This document shows, piece after piece, positions 8,718-9,815 of a stretch of 9,815 nucleotides of DNA (positions are counted from its first letter, which is position 1; every line of letters begins with the position of its first letter). The stretch is taken from positions 1-9,815 of the forward strand of contig JAKLZA010000229.1 of assembly GCA_030704615.1 (NCBI GenBank). The letters run 5' to 3'. This stretch comes from Takakia lepidozioides (taxonomy: Eukaryota; Plantae; Bryophyta). The translations under genes and the position numbers were made by a program. A model generated the notes under the pieces. That model did no database searches. It saw only the letters and a list, made by a program, of their open reading frames with translations, and was not told where the DNA came from.

Positions 8718-8756
8718 GTCGCGCGGCTCATCTCTCTCGAGTTGAGCCTGCGCGAC
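8718..8756. repeat. GC/CpG-rich inverted repeat
   Basis: gtcgcgcggctca (8718-8730) pairs with tgagcc[t]gcgcgac (8743-8756) with one bulged T; inner ctc/gag closes a tctc loop. Confidence 0.85.
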
Positions 8757-9113
8757 CAAGCTCCTGCATGCGTTTAGATTGAGTGTGCTATGTGGGGTAC
8801 AGGTTGTTGTGGGATGGAGTCCCCATAGCTTGGGGTGCCCCTGGCTCGACTTATGTTTCAAAGAGTGATGGATGGATTAACGTGTTCTTGTGTTGAAGTG
8901 TGTGTCCTTCAAGCTTTCTTATCATTGTGGCAGACTATTTATTGTGCATATATGTGTGGTGGGTGTTTGGACAGCGATGTAGTTGTTGTAGCGATACGTA
9001 TGCGCACGACACTAACCCTGTTGTGCACACCCAGAGGGGAGCCAGGTTGACAGAGCTGCGGCTTGGAAGGCCTAGTTGTTAAGGGGTATCTGCTTTGGTG
9101 TAGTGTCGCAACA

Positions 9114-9815
9114 CCAATTGAAGAGGAAAAGTAGCAGTACCATCAAATTCTATGAAGAAAAAGAAGGAAGAAATGGAAATCCTAGAGGAACCAGCCACTG
9201 TGAGTTTACAGGATGAAGTGGTGACTGGTGTTGGACAATCCACAGCTGGATGAGCAAGTGAGGAGTGAATGTGGGAACTAAAGAGGACCGAGGATGGTGA
9301 AGGTGGAGCTGATTTGGAGCCAGAATTTTTTGAAGTAAGCTAGTATGAGTTGTTCATCAAATACAGAGATGTATTTGCTTGGAGCTATGAGGATCAAAAA
9401 GGGATACCACCTGAAATCTGTCAGCATAAGATTGAACGGAACCAGGAGTCAGTACCAATCAAGCAGGCAAGGTACAGAGATGAATCCCAACTACGCACAG
9501 AAGGTTTGGAGAAGAGATCAAGAAGTTGGCTGGAGGCTAAGTTTATATCCAGACCGATAGGAGAGTATACAACTTGGTTGTCACCCATTGTGATGTTCCA
9601 AAGAAGAATGGGTAAACTAAGAGTTTTGTGGTGAACTACAAGAAGTTGAATGCTTGTACGAAGAAAGATCCTTTCCTTTTTGCCATTCGTTAGAAGCAGT
9701 ATTGGACACTGTGGCAGGCCTTAGATGTGACTCATTCATGGATGGCTTCAGTGGTTATAACCAGTGCCAAGTGGCAGAAGAAGACCAAGGAAAGACAGCT
9801 TTCATCACAGACTGG
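9114..9815 (+). mobile_element. pol: Fragment of a second Ty3/Gypsy element (non-chromovirus, Tat/Athila-superclade-like): PR-RT linker and N-terminal RT, degenerate, runs off window
   Basis: KYRDVFAWSYED (Asp 9368), GIPPEICQHKIE, PIKQARYR-MNPNYAQKV, WLSPIV, GKLRV, KLNACTKKDPF, SFMDGFSGYNQ (9732-9764), KTAFITDW (9792-9815). Clearly divergent from the RT at 5260-5990 and more A-rich. Confidence 0.9.

Larger units (their letters stand above)
8485..9011 (+). repeat. 88-bp direct repeat, copies at 8485-8572 and 8924-9011
   Basis: Both read attgtggcagacta(c)tttattgtgcatatatgtgtggt...gtttggacagcgatgtagttgt(t)gtagcgata(t/c)gtatgcgcacgaca, with only a few differences. Confidence 0.95.
1..9113 (+). 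mobile_element. Ty3/Gypsy LTR retrotransposon carrying a C5-DNA methyltransferase and a PHD finger; 5' end outside window; multiply frameshifted
   Basis: Collinear plus-strand motifs: gag, PR (LLDSGA), RT (LDLRSGYHQ, [Y]IDD), RNase H (HTDWS, TDH, NADGLSR), integrase (HHCC, DDE) in the Gypsy order PR-RT-RH-INT, then PPT and a TG...CA LTR candidate. Assigning 1-1271 to the element is inference: no copy of the LTR occurs there. Confidence 0.93.
8487..9113 (+). repeat. Putative 3' LTR (~627 bp)
   Basis: Begins TGTGGCAGACTAC after the PPT and ends GTAGTGTCGCAACA (reverse complement TGTTGCGACACTAC, an imperfect terminal inverted repeat). Abrupt shift to A-rich pol-like sequence after 9113. No second LTR in the window to confirm the boundaries. 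Confidence 0.65.

Noticed and set aside
8856-8873. Peptide FQRVMD in the LTR, resembling the RT residues beside the deletion at ~5763
   Set aside because: Only six codons with no flanking RT similarity; compatible with chance given the length of pol.
8485-9011. CRISPR array
   Set aside because: Only two 88-bp copies with a 351-bp spacer, no cas genes, and a eukaryotic TE context.

Overview
Eukaryotic, probably non-flowering green-plant, repetitive DNA. Positions 1-9113 are a plus-strand Ty3/Gypsy LTR retrotransposon broken by many frameshifts; its 5' LTR lies outside the window. Domain order: unknown upstream ORF, gag (capsid + CCHC knuckle), aspartic protease, C5 cytosine DNA methyltransferase (DNMT3-like, motifs I-X recognisable in canonical order), reverse transcriptase, RNase H, integrase, C-terminal PHD finger, polypurine tract, 3' LTR (~8487-9113). 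The main finding is a retrotransposon polyprotein carrying both a DNA-methylation writer and a histone-reader domain. The LTR contains an internal 88-bp duplication of its own 5' end enclosing a run of hairpins. Positions 9114-9815 are pol/RT of a second, unrelated Gypsy element, into which the first appears to be inserted. Many frameshifts look like 1-bp losses in homopolymers, so part of the apparent decay may be sequencing error. All alignments were done by eye; no searches were run.
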